Assembly: GCA_026413965.1 (NCBI GenBank)
Contig: JAOAJY010000002.1
Location: 12,273-76,272 of the forward strand
DNA from: Candidatus Micrarchaeota archaeon
Lineage (GTDB): Archaea > Micrarchaeota > Micrarchaeia > Anstonellales > Anstonellaceae
Direction of reading: 5' to 3'
Length of the DNA: 64,000 bases
The notes under the pieces were generated by a model. The model was not told the DNA's origin, did not search any database, and was given only the letters and a program-made list of their open reading frames with translations. The position numbers were made by a program, and so were the translations under genes. Positions 44,836 through 53,499 of the stretch are shown one piece after another; within the stretch, counting starts at the first letter, position 1; the number at the start of each line of letters is the position of its first letter.

Positions 44836-46092
44836 TCACGCCAGCCTTTCCTTCACCTTCCTTATTGCCTCCTCAACCCCCAAAAGCTCCTCCTTGCCGC
44901 TCTCCAAATCGCGCAAGGTGAGCTTTCCTGCCGCTGTCTCCTTTTCCCCCACAATGGCTATGAATGCGCAGCAGCCTGACGCAAATTCCATCTGCTTCTT
45001 CAGGCTCCTGCTGTTCAAGTCGGTGTGCGCCACTATCCCTGCTGCGCGGAAAGCCGAGGCGATCCGGATGGTTTGCGCATAATGCTCATCTGCTGTGCAG
45101 GCGACAAATACTCCACCCTTTGCCCTCTTCCCTTCCTTCATCAGCGAAAGCAGCCTCTCTATTCCAAGCGAAATGCCGACAGCATAATCCCCTTGCCCAT
45201 AAAGCCCAAGCAGCCCGTCGTACCTGCCTCCGCCAGCCACGCTTCCAATCCCCTCCCCAAGCTTTATCTCAAAAATGGGGCCGGTGTAATAATCCATGCC
45301 GCGGACAAGGGCCAAGTCAAGCTCAATTTTTATGCTTCTGCCGTACTCCTGCGCCAGACTGATTATTTCAGAAAGAGACTCTGCTGCCTCTGGGCAGTGC
45401 TCCTCCGCAAGCTCCAGGCGCTGCTTTTCAGTGGCGCTTTTCTCCATGCTGCCCAAAAAATCAATGAACATTTCTTGGCTTTTTGGATCCGCGCCGCCTA
45501 TCTTTGCAAACTCCTCAATCATCTGCTGCCTGCTTATCTTGCCTCTCTTGTCAAGAAGCCTAAGCAGGCTGCTTTCCTTGCCCGGAAGCATGCTTTGGGC
45601 TATCTTGAATGCAAGCCTGCGGTCGTTCAAAAGCACAGTTGCGCCGCAGAAGCCCAAAGCAGATATCGCCTCATGGGCGCATGCTATAAGCTCCGCCTCT
45701 GCCCTCATCGAAGATGAGCCTATTATGTCAGCGTCAGCCTGGTAGAATTCCCGGAACCTTCCCTTCTGCGGCTCCTCCCTTCTCCAAACAGGCCCAATGC
45801 AGTATCTTTTGAAAGGCTTTCTGAATGTGTTGGAGGAGACCACCCTGGACAGAGGCACTGTCAAGTCAAACCGAAGGGCGTGCTTGCCGTCATCTATCCT
45901 GAAAATCTGCCCCCTTATCTCCTCGCCGCACTTTTTCTCCAGCACCTCAGCCATTTCCATGGCAGGAGTGTCCATGGGGACAAAGCCGTATTTCCGGTAA
46001 ATTTTCTTTATTGCCTCAATTGCCCTCTCCCGCCTATCCATCTCGTCAGGCAGGAAATCCCGCATTCCTTTTGGGGCAGAGTATTCTGCCAT
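44836..46092 (-). CDS. hisS: Histidyl-tRNA synthetase
   Basis: PKGMRDFLP and class II motifs (FRIDDGKHALRFDLTVP, YCIGPVWRREEPQKGRFREFYQ, GGGRYD). Confidence 0.92.
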   Translation of the reverse strand: MAEYSAPKGMRDFLPDEMDRRERAIEAIKKIYRKYGFVPMDTPAMEMAEVLEKKCGEEIRGQIFRIDDGKHALRFDLTVPLSRVVSSNTFRKPFKRYCIGPVWRREEPQKGRFREFYQADADIIGSSSMRAEAELIACAHEAISALGFCGATVLLNDRRLAFKIAQSMLPGKESSLLRLLDKRGKISRQQMIEEFAKIGGADPKSQEMFIDFLGSMEKSATEKQRLELAEEHCPEAAESLSEIISLAQEYGRSIKIELDLALVRGMDYYTGPIFEIKLGEGIGSVAGGGRYDGLLGLYGQGDYAVGISLGIERLLSLMKEGKRAKGGVFVACTADEHYAQTIRIASAFRAAGIVAHTDLNSRSLKKQMEFASGCCAFIAIVGEKETAAGKLTLRDLESGKEELLGVEEAIRKVKERLA

Positions 46093-46096
46093 GCAT

Positions 46097-46429
46097 TCAT
46101 CTCGCGTTTGAGCTTATCCACTCTTTCAAGGCTTCCTTTCCCGAGGCTCCCACACGGTTGGCAACCGCTTTCCCGTTCTTGAACAAGATGAGGGTAGGTA
46201 TGGATGATATGCCGAATTTTTCGGCAAGGTCCGGCTGCTCATCCACATTCACCTTGCAAAATTTGACATTCTTCATCTCAAGCGAAAGCTGGTCTATTAC
46301 CGGGCTCAGCATCCTGCAAGGGCCGCACCATGGAGCCCAGAAATCCACAAGCACTGTCCCGCTTTTTGTTTCCTTCTCGAAATTCTCAGAGGTAAGCTCG
46401 ACCATAAATCCACCCCTCTCCTTCTTCAA
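46097..46429 (-). CDS. trx: Thioredoxin
   Basis: WAPWCGPC active site. 110 aa. Confidence 0.92.
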   Translation of the reverse strand: MKKERGGFMVELTSENFEKETKSGTVLVDFWAPWCGPCRMLSPVIDQLSLEMKNVKFCKVNVDEQPDLAEKFGISSIPTLILFKNGKAVANRVGASGKEALKEWISSNAR

Positions 46430-46449
46430 TCAAAAGTTAAATAAACGCT

Positions 46450-46959
46450 TCATTTCCCCTCAGGCTGCGCTGCGCCTGCGTTCTGCTCGTTTCCAGAGCC
46501 TGCGCCCCCAAAATACATCCTGAATTTCGGGGTGGTGTGCAAAGACTTGGTCCTGCCGTCTTTTTTTTGCGCGACAAATCCCTTCTGCACAAGCTCTGCG
46601 ACGTCCTGGTATATTCCAGAGCCAAGCTTGCTTGCAAGAACAGACTTTCTTATCCCCTCGTTTTTGGATATGTAGGCAAGAGTCCGGAGGGCATGGCGGG
46701 AAATCTCCCCCTGCTGGGCAAAATCCTTGACATGCTGCGCATACTGCGGCTTGAGCCTCATGTAGTATTTCCCATCCTCAAGGGCAATCTCAATGGAGCT
46801 TCCTGATGACTCATACCTGGCCCTCAGAGAATCCAGGCGCTGGTGTATGTAGCCTGGAGCAGCCACTCCTATGAGCTTGCCAAGCTCAGAAGCCGCAAGG
46901 GGCCTGCTGCTCATGAAAAGCGCAGCCTCAATTATCCTTTCTGCTTCCTTCTCCTCCAT
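46450..46959 (-). CDS. scpB: Segregation and condensation protein B
   Basis: IEAALFMSSRPLAASELGKLIG and tandem winged-helix organisation. Confidence 0.8.
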   Translation of the reverse strand: MEEKEAERIIEAALFMSSRPLAASELGKLIGVAAPGYIHQRLDSLRARYESSGSSIEIALEDGKYYMRLKPQYAQHVKDFAQQGEISRHALRTLAYISKNEGIRKSVLASKLGSGIYQDVAELVQKGFVAQKKDGRTKSLHTTPKFRMYFGGAGSGNEQNAGAAQPEGK

Positions 46960-46964
46960 CCTGC

Positions 46965-47732
46965 TCAGCCTCCTGCATCTTTCACCCTTATGAATATCTC
47001 GCCGAAAAACTCCTCCTGGAAAATCGACACTTTCCTCGCCTGCGCAAGATGAAGCAGCGGAAGGAGAGTGGAGATCACCTCCTCCGCATCATAAGAGCGC
47101 AGGATGCTTGAGAAAGTGGCAAGCCCCTCAGAGTCGCGCGCCTCAAGAAGCCTCTGGTGGATTTCCTTCATCTTCTCCTCAATGTCAAATTCAGGAAGCT
47201 GTATGTTTATCACAGCCGGTATCTCCACCCTGCTTGCCCTCTCCTCCCTTTTTTTCTGCTCCTCAAAAACCTTCTCCATCGCAAGCAGAAGCTCATCCAA
47301 AGTCACCATCCTTTTTGGAGGTATCCTGGTCTTAAGCTCAAGCATAGGGATGACTTCAGGCTCTCCCCCCTCCTCTGGCACATATGTCTCCTCCACCGGA
47401 ACTTGCTGCTCCTCCTCAAATTTCAGCGCCTCTGACTTGAAGCGTATGAGTATGGCAGCCGCAAGTATGAGGTTGGCTGGGACGCGCAAATCCAGCATCT
47501 CCATGTTGCGTATCCTTTCAATATAGCCTGAGGCGATTTCCACAATGTCAATGTTCCAAGGGTCAAGCTGGCGCGAAGCCACAAGGTCCAAAAGCATCTC
47601 TCTCCATGTGGGGAATTCCACTATCTTCTCCAGCCCCATCTTCCCTTTTCCAGCAGCCTCTGCCATCTCCTCTTCTGCCAAATAAGCCTCTTCTGAGCCC
47701 TCGCTTTTGCCTCGGCTGCCCTCAAAGCCCAT
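46965..47732 (-). CDS. scpA: Segregation and condensation protein A (kleisin)
   Basis: LDPWNIDIVEIASGYIERI...ANLILAAAILIRFKS, followed by a C-terminal winged helix. Adjacent to scpB. Confidence 0.8.
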   Translation of the reverse strand: MGFEGSRGKSEGSEEAYLAEEEMAEAAGKGKMGLEKIVEFPTWREMLLDLVASRQLDPWNIDIVEIASGYIERIRNMEMLDLRVPANLILAAAILIRFKSEALKFEEEQQVPVEETYVPEEGGEPEVIPMLELKTRIPPKRMVTLDELLLAMEKVFEEQKKREERASRVEIPAVINIQLPEFDIEEKMKEIHQRLLEARDSEGLATFSSILRSYDAEEVISTLLPLLHLAQARKVSIFQEEFFGEIFIRVKDAGG

Positions 47733-47844
47733 CCTTTCCCCTCTCCCATTTTGCCATCTATTCCTTTTATTCTTGAGCCATTTTAGAGGTGCCTTCTCTT
47801 CATGTTTTACATAGATTTAAAATCTGTACCCATCTTTTTATTTC

Positions 47845-48657
47845 ATGGAGATTACAGAGGAACAAAAGATGATAGAGGTCCTTGAAAAAAAGTATTTAGA
47901 CAATTTCGAGGCTTTTTTGGTTAAAAATCGGCAATGGTTTCTTGATAGGTTAAAGTCTAAAAATGAGATTAAAAAAGATTGGTTAAAGTCATTCAAGGAA
48001 ACCTGCAGAAGAAATTACGAAAACTCGTCCGAATTGGACACAGGTGCAGAAAGAGTAATTCACAATCTATTCGGGCGATACTCTGAAGAATCTGTGTCAA
48101 AATCTAATGAGTACAAAAAATTGCTTGCGGTTAATTCTTGTCCTATAGGCTCGGATTTAATGTTTGAGACTGACGAAGCATTGATACATATCGAAGTAAA
48201 AACTGCTACGGTTTCAAATAAATCAGATTTTGGAGGTAAAATTCAAATTTCAAAAAACCAGACCACCTATTCTGTAGATAAAATTGCAACTGGTAGAGCA
48301 TACAAATTTAAGCCTTCATTGCCAACTATTTATTCAAATAATAAAATTTGTTTAACTTATGTAATTCAAATTATACATAAAAATGAGGAGGATCTACCAC
48401 AGATTATATTTTTACTTTGTATCCCTAATGGACTATTAAGTTCCATCTATAAAGATGAGAATTGTGCATTGGCAGGAAAACAAACAAAAAAGTTAAATCG
48501 CCTTGGTTCAAGAGGAGATATAAGATTTTTTTATAAGAATGCGCAACGCTTTGAAACTCTTGAAGGGAAACCAAGTAGAATAAAAGTAATTCATCCGTAC
48601 TCATACACAAAAGAATTACTTAAAAAATTTTTAGGTGTTGAGTCTATAGAACCTTAA
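47845..48657 (+). CDS. Putative type II restriction endonuclease (PD-(D/E)xK)
   Basis: GSDLMFETDEALIHIEVKTA fits D-x(n)-E-x-K. It is convergent with the methyltransferase and overlaps it by 14 nt. AT-rich codon usage. Confidence 0.55.
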   Translation: MEITEEQKMIEVLEKKYLDNFEAFLVKNRQWFLDRLKSKNEIKKDWLKSFKETCRRNYENSSELDTGAERVIHNLFGRYSEESVSKSNEYKKLLAVNSCPIGSDLMFETDEALIHIEVKTATVSNKSDFGGKIQISKNQTTYSVDKIATGRAYKFKPSLPTIYSNNKICLTYVIQIIHKNEEDLPQIIFLLCIPNGLLSSIYKDENCALAGKQTKKLNRLGSRGDIRFFYKNAQRFETLEGKPSRIKVIHPYSYTKELLKKFLGVESIEP

Positions 48658-49864
48658 TCTCAGCACATCTCTTTTGAATTATTCTAAGAAATTCTTTTTG
48701 CATTTCTATTCCAATAGACCTTCTTCCAAGCTCTTTTGCTACTTTTAATGTTGTCCCACTGCCAGCAAAAGGGTCAAACACAATATCGTTTTTGCGTGTG
48801 CAGGATAAAATTGCCCTTCTTGGAAGCTCATCTGGAAATATCGCAAAATGCGCATCCTTCAGTTTTCCAGTCGCAAACTCCCATACATCTCCAGGATTTT
48901 TGCCGTTCTCATGGGATTTTACTGTTTGCAATACATAATGCTCTTCAGTCATTATTTTGTCATATTTGTCATCGGCAATGCGCAATATCTCTTTTAGTTT
49001 GAGCCAATCGGATGGCTTCGGCAAACATCTTCCACCCCTATCTGTCCTAAACCAATGTCCTGCAGTGTCTTTATAGCCGAATATCTTATCTATTTCCTCT
49101 GTTGTTATACCGACTTTATTTTTATGCTCTTTTATGAACTTTATTATTTCAAGTTCCAAATCTGCCCCAATTTTGTGTTTTCTTTGCCGTGAGTAAAACT
49201 CCCCATATACAGAAATTCTTGCTCCAGGAGAAGCGCCCATATTGAGCCTTTTAGCATTTCTGAATTTTCCATTATATTCATTTTTTTCAAATTTCAATTC
49301 ATCCTTCATTTTTTCGTATTCTTCAATAGATAATGTAAGTGGCAAATCGCTTTTCCGCAAAAGCGGTCCTTTATGCGGAATTCTTACAGCATCCAAGTTG
49401 AAGTAATATTCTGGAGCTAAATAATTTTCAGTATTTTTCGCAAAGAAAAATATTGGCTCATAAGTATTAGCAAATCTGTCTTTTATTGACGATGGCATAG
49501 CATTTATTTTATGCCATATAATCACATTTCTTATTACCCATCCCCTATTCTGCATTTCAATTGCTAATTTAAATGGTATCATCTGCAAATTTTTCTTGAA
49601 ATACTTGTCCCCTATATTCAAAAAATAAGCTCCATTATCAGCCAAAATCCGCCTTATCTCATCCCCTAACCTTGCCATCTTTCTGATATACTCATCAGGA
49701 GTATTTTCATTTCCAATCTGACCGATTTCGCCATAATCTCGTTGCTGCCAATAAGGTGGAGATGTAACAACAAGATTTACTGATTTGTCTGGCAACTCCT
49801 TTATTCTTTCAAAAACATCTCCAAGCAAAATCAAAGGGGTTTCATCATCAGGAAGTTTTATCAT
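48644..49864 (-). CDS. Beta-class N4-cytosine/N6-adenine DNA methyltransferase (SPPY type)
   Basis: Motif IV VVTSPPYWQQRDYG lies near the N-terminus and motif I FDPFAGSGTT near the C-terminus (N6_N4_Mtase order). SPPY favours m4C. Confidence 0.85.
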   Translation of the reverse strand: MIKLPDDETPLILLGDVFERIKELPDKSVNLVVTSPPYWQQRDYGEIGQIGNENTPDEYIRKMARLGDEIRRILADNGAYFLNIGDKYFKKNLQMIPFKLAIEMQNRGWVIRNVIIWHKINAMPSSIKDRFANTYEPIFFFAKNTENYLAPEYYFNLDAVRIPHKGPLLRKSDLPLTLSIEEYEKMKDELKFEKNEYNGKFRNAKRLNMGASPGARISVYGEFYSRQRKHKIGADLELEIIKFIKEHKNKVGITTEEIDKIFGYKDTAGHWFRTDRGGRCLPKPSDWLKLKEILRIADDKYDKIMTEEHYVLQTVKSHENGKNPGDVWEFATGKLKDAHFAIFPDELPRRAILSCTRKNDIVFDPFAGSGTTLKVAKELGRRSIGIEMQKEFLRIIQKRCAEIKVL

Positions 49865-50019
49865 TTTAATACCTCTCGTCTCCTGTTTTTACGAGGTTTA
49901 TCCCAGTATGCGCTCTTACATTTTGGACATAAAATCGGATATGTTGGTTTTCGAGGTATCCATTGGTGGTAGCATCTTTCACATCTGTATCCATCAATCT
50001 CTATTTTAACTTTCGCCAT
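49861..50019 (-). CDS. 52-aa zinc-ribbon protein translationally coupled to the methyltransferase (not in the ORF track)
   Basis: The minus strand encodes MAKVKIEIDGYRCERCYHQWIPRKPTYPILCPKCKSAYWDKPRKNRRREVLK*. It has CxxC-14-CxxC and a basic tail. Its TGA stop overlaps the methyltransferase ATG (ATGA). Confidence 0.6.
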   Translation of the reverse strand: MAKVKIEIDGYRCERCYHQWIPRKPTYPILCPKCKSAYWDKPRKNRRREVLK

Positions 50020-50199
50020 ATTTTTATTTTATAATGTATTATTTATAAATTATTACTTTTACAAATATTAACTAAAGGATGTATTAAGAGTGGCAGCATT
50101 CTTTGAGGAAAGCAAGGGCAGGTAAAAGCGCAGAATAAGGAAATATTTTTCATTATTAGGTTATAAATACCTGCGCCAAATATTACCGGAGAGGTTTTT

Positions 50200-50694
50200 A
50201 TGGAAAAAAAGTCCATTGAGCAGATAACAGACGAGGCAATCTCGCAGGGCGGCTATCTTGCGCTGGTGTATTTCGATTTGCATGCCAAAAGCGCAGAGGA
50301 GGTCAAAAACCTGATGGTTGGCTTCATCGGCAAGCTCACAAAAGAGAAAGGCGTGGTTTATGCTGTTGGGGAGATTGACAAGCCCATGGAAAAGGACGGA
50401 GTCTTCTCCACATGGGCAGAGGTGAAGCTTTTGGCTGAGGACTTCGCCACTCTTGCCAGAATCTCTGCCCAGTACTCGCCAATAGGGGTGGAGATACTGC
50501 GCCCAGAAAAAGTTTCCCTCACGCTGGGGGAGGCGCAAGGCATACTGCTGGACATTTCGCAGACCTCGCAGAGCTTCACCCGCATGATAATGGAGAGAGT
50601 GCTTTCCAAGCAAGAGGCTGAGGAATACCAAAAGAAAATGCTTTCCCGCGCCGAGCTTGGGAAGAAGCTTTTGGAGAATGCCAAGAAGGAGTGA
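50200..50694 (+). CDS. Hypothetical protein upstream of the KaiC-like gene
   Basis: 164-aa ORF ending 5 nt before the KaiC-like ATG. No family was recognised. Confidence 0.5.
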   Translation: MEKKSIEQITDEAISQGGYLALVYFDLHAKSAEEVKNLMVGFIGKLTKEKGVVYAVGEIDKPMEKDGVFSTWAEVKLLAEDFATLARISAQYSPIGVEILRPEKVSLTLGEAQGILLDISQTSQSFTRMIMERVLSKQEAEEYQKKMLSRAELGKKLLENAKKE

Positions 50695-50698
50695 AAAG

Positions 50699-51427
50699 AT
50701 GGAAAGCGCCCGCGTCAAGTCAGGCATCCCTGGGCTTGACTTTATGCTTGGGGGAGGCTTCCTGCGCAACAGCGTCGTGGCTGTTGCAGGCGGGACAGGC
50801 TCAGGCAGGACGATTTTTGTCTCCCAATTCCTCTACAAGGGGGCTGAGCAAGGCGAGCCTGGGCTGTTTTTGTCATTTGACCAGCAGAAGGACTCAATCT
50901 ATTCCCAGCTTGCCTCCTTCGGCTGGGATTTCTTGTCGTTTGAGCGCAAGCAGAAAATCGTGTTTATTGAATATCCGCAAAACGAGCTTTCTGCTTTTCC
51001 AGAGCAGGAGTCCGCCATACATGACTTGATAAACACCCTTGGGATAAGAAGGGTGGTGATAGACTCCATCACGCCTTATGCCTTGATGTTCCCATCCCAG
51101 GAGGAGAGAAGGCTGGCCGCCATGCGGCTGGTGAATGCGGTCAAAGGCTGGAAGGTGACTGCGCTCATCTCATCAGAGACAGCCCACACAAGCCATGACA
51201 GCTTCCCCCACACACTTTCAGGGGTGGAGTCCTTTTGCGACGGCTTCATATACATATCTTTCATCAGGGAAAAGGACAGGCGCAGCAGAGCCATTGAGAT
51301 AGTCAAGATGCGCGGCTGCAAGCATGAGCATGAGATGCGCCCAGCGCACATAGGGGAGGAAGGCTTTTTTATAGGGAAGCCTGAGGATGGCAAGCCTGCG
51401 CGAAAAAAGGTAGTTCTTGATGGTTAA
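50699..51427 (+). CDS. KaiC/RecA-superfamily single-domain protein with a substituted ATPase site
   Basis: SGIPGLDFMLGGGFLRNSVVAVAGGTGSGRTIFVSQF: the Walker A reads GSGRT, not GSGKT. FLSFDQQ sits where KaiC-type proteins have FEE. Walker B-like VVIDSI is present. Confidence 0.7.
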   Translation: MESARVKSGIPGLDFMLGGGFLRNSVVAVAGGTGSGRTIFVSQFLYKGAEQGEPGLFLSFDQQKDSIYSQLASFGWDFLSFERKQKIVFIEYPQNELSAFPEQESAIHDLINTLGIRRVVIDSITPYALMFPSQEERRLAAMRLVNAVKGWKVTALISSETAHTSHDSFPHTLSGVESFCDGFIYISFIREKDRRSRAIEIVKMRGCKHEHEMRPAHIGEEGFFIGKPEDGKPARKKVVLDG

Positions 51428-52502
51428 TGCTGGCATAGACCCCTGGTCATCAGAGCAGCAGATAGACTACTCTCGGCTATTTGAGGAGTTCGGAATGTCA
51501 AGGATGGACAGGGGGATTTTGGGCAAGCTTGGTTTTCATCTTGCGGAAAGGGGCATTCTTTTCGCCCACAGGGATTTGGATTTGTGGCTGAAAGAAGCGG
51601 AGGAGGGGCAAGAAGTGGCTGTGATGTCAGGCATCAAGCCATCATCGGAGTTCCATCTTGGAAGCAAGCTCACAGCGGACGAGCTGGTGTTTTTCCAGAA
51701 AAAATTCAAGGCCAAAGTCTTTTACTGCATAGCAGATTTGGAGGCATACGCGGACAACGGCATCCCGCTTGAGCAGTCGCATGAGACTGCGGTCTCCAAC
51801 CTTGCTGATCTGCTGGCGTTGGGGCTGGATGAGAAGAACGCCCACATCTACAAGCAGTCCGAGGAGAAAAGGGTCATGCAGATGGCTTACATATTCTCCA
51901 AGCGTGCCACGCCTGCCATGCTTCGCGCAATATATGGGGAAAGAAGCCTCTCGCTTTATTTTGCGGCGCTTGCGCAAGTGGGCGACATCCTTCTGCCGCA
52001 GCACAAGGATTTCGGGGGCCCAAAAAGGGTGCTGGTGCCTGTGGGCGCAGACCAGGACCCGCACATAAGGTTCGCAAGGGACATAGCGTTCAAAGAAAGG
52101 CTGGTCCAGCCATCGGCAGTCTACCACAAGATAATCAGAAGCCTGAAAGGCGAAAGCAAGATGAGCAAAAAAGACCCATCCTCCATGCTTTCGCTTTCTG
52201 ATTCCTTGGAGGATGCCCGAAAGAAGCTGATGGCTTCCTTTTCAGGCGGCAGGGATACTGCTGAGGAGCAAAAGAGGCTCGGCGGGGACGTAAGCAAGGA
52301 CATGCTTTATGAGGTGATGAGGTTCCATTTCGGCACAGACTCCCAGCTTGAGCAGATGCGCCAAGATATGGAGAGCCGCAAGCTGCTCACAGGCGAATAC
52401 AAGCAGAAGTGGGTGCCTGCCATACTAAGCTGGCTTTCTGAGCACCAGGAGAAGAAAAAGAGGCTTTTGCCAAAAGCAAGGAAGATTCTTGAGGAATCCT
52501 AG
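51420..52502 (+). CDS. trpS: Tryptophanyl-tRNA synthetase (archaeal/eukaryotic type)
   Basis: IDPWSSEQQIDYSRLFEEFGM, a HIGH-like region (GIKPSSEFHLGS) and KMSKKDPSS (KMSKS). The ATG at 51420 overlaps the upstream gene by 8 nt. Confidence 0.85.
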   Translation: MVNAGIDPWSSEQQIDYSRLFEEFGMSRMDRGILGKLGFHLAERGILFAHRDLDLWLKEAEEGQEVAVMSGIKPSSEFHLGSKLTADELVFFQKKFKAKVFYCIADLEAYADNGIPLEQSHETAVSNLADLLALGLDEKNAHIYKQSEEKRVMQMAYIFSKRATPAMLRAIYGERSLSLYFAALAQVGDILLPQHKDFGGPKRVLVPVGADQDPHIRFARDIAFKERLVQPSAVYHKIIRSLKGESKMSKKDPSSMLSLSDSLEDARKKLMASFSGGRDTAEEQKRLGGDVSKDMLYEVMRFHFGTDSQLEQMRQDMESRKLLTGEYKQKWVPAILSWLSEHQEKKKRLLPKARKILEES

Positions 52503-53494
52503 CCCAGCTTGTTTTTCGCTCTTGCTATTCTTGGTACAAAGGCGCAGGCGACCGCTGCTTCAATCTGCTCCCTCCTGTGCATGGCTCCATCTGAGAACCA
52601 GCCCAAAGCCCCCTGCTTCCACCCTATCTTCTCCACCCCTGTGGCTTTCCTGAGGGCTTCTGACAAGTCGCTTCCTTCCGCCTTTATCATGCGCACTATT
52701 TTCTCAGGCACCACAAAGCCCATCCCAGTCCCGTATGTCTCCTCCTCTCCGTCATACACGCATGCCACTGTGACATCCACATGCTTCCCTTTGACAAGGC
52801 TGGAAAAAAGGCCTGACTCCATCCCAATGGAATAGTCGCACTTCCCTCTTGCCCTCTTCCATGCGGCATGCGCTCGGTTGGCTGCTCCTTCGGCTGTCTC
52901 TTGGTTGAAAGGATGGGCGGGCACGCCTGAATTTTCGGCGTGGTATTGCAGCCTGAATTTTTCGCCGAAAATCTTCCTGAGCGCCAAGGCAGCGCCTTGC
53001 ACCTTTGTGGGATTCTCGGTGGCAAGCTGTATCTCAAGAGGCTTTGCCAGCCTGCCTGAAAGGTCGGTTTTGCCCTCGTAAATCGCTGCGCAGGATATTT
53101 TCCTCAAATCCTCCCCATATGCAAGGGGCACAGATATTATCTTGAGCAAAGGCAAGCCCTTCTGCCTGCGCATCCTGTTTATTTTTTTTGCTGCAGCCTC
53201 AGTCTCCTGGCTCACTATTATGCAGTCTGCCTCAGCGATGCTGTCTGCCCCTCCAATCTCATCATCTATCTTCACTATTTCCGCCCTGCCTGCCATGCCC
53301 ATCAAGCCAAGCTCCTTTTTTAGCCCTGCGAGCCTTTTGTGGTAAGGCAAAGAGGGGTAAAGCTTGCGCCTTCTGACATAGCTGTCTGAGGTCAAGCCTA
53401 TGGTTATCTTTTGGCATTTGGCGCACTCTGCCAAGAGCCTGCGGTGCCCCTCATGGACATAAGTGAAGGTCCCTCCCAGTATGCAGTGCCTCAT
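52499..53494 (-). CDS. Fusion of a cytidylyltransferase-fold PPAT-like domain with a YjjX-type (DUF84) ITP/XTP pyrophosphatase domain
   Basis: N-terminal GGTFTYVHEGHRRLL (archaeal PPAT, H-x-G-H). C-terminal AENSGVPAHPFNQETAEGAANRA...IGMESG (YjjX/NTPase_I-T). Start at the ATG at 53494. Confidence 0.65.
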   Translation of the reverse strand: MRHCILGGTFTYVHEGHRRLLAECAKCQKITIGLTSDSYVRRRKLYPSLPYHKRLAGLKKELGLMGMAGRAEIVKIDDEIGGADSIAEADCIIVSQETEAAAKKINRMRRQKGLPLLKIISVPLAYGEDLRKISCAAIYEGKTDLSGRLAKPLEIQLATENPTKVQGAALALRKIFGEKFRLQYHAENSGVPAHPFNQETAEGAANRAHAAWKRARGKCDYSIGMESGLFSSLVKGKHVDVTVACVYDGEEETYGTGMGFVVPEKIVRMIKAEGSDLSEALRKATGVEKIGWKQGALGWFSDGAMHRREQIEAAVACAFVPRIARAKNKLG

Positions 53495-53499
53495 CCTGC

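Larger units (their letters stand above)
47750..50165. other. Low-GC genomic island carrying a type II restriction-modification cassette
   Basis: The sequence drops abruptly to AT-rich composition relative to both flanks. The island holds only the nuclease, the methyltransferase and a small zinc-ribbon ORF. No integrase or terminal repeats were seen. Confidence 0.7.

Noticed and set aside
50020-50199. AT-rich imperfect palindromes at the right end of the R-M island, considered as terminal inverted repeats.
   Set aside because: The pairing is poor (several mismatches within 21 nt), and no matching sequence is present at the left island boundary. This is consistent with low-complexity AT-rich promoter DNA.
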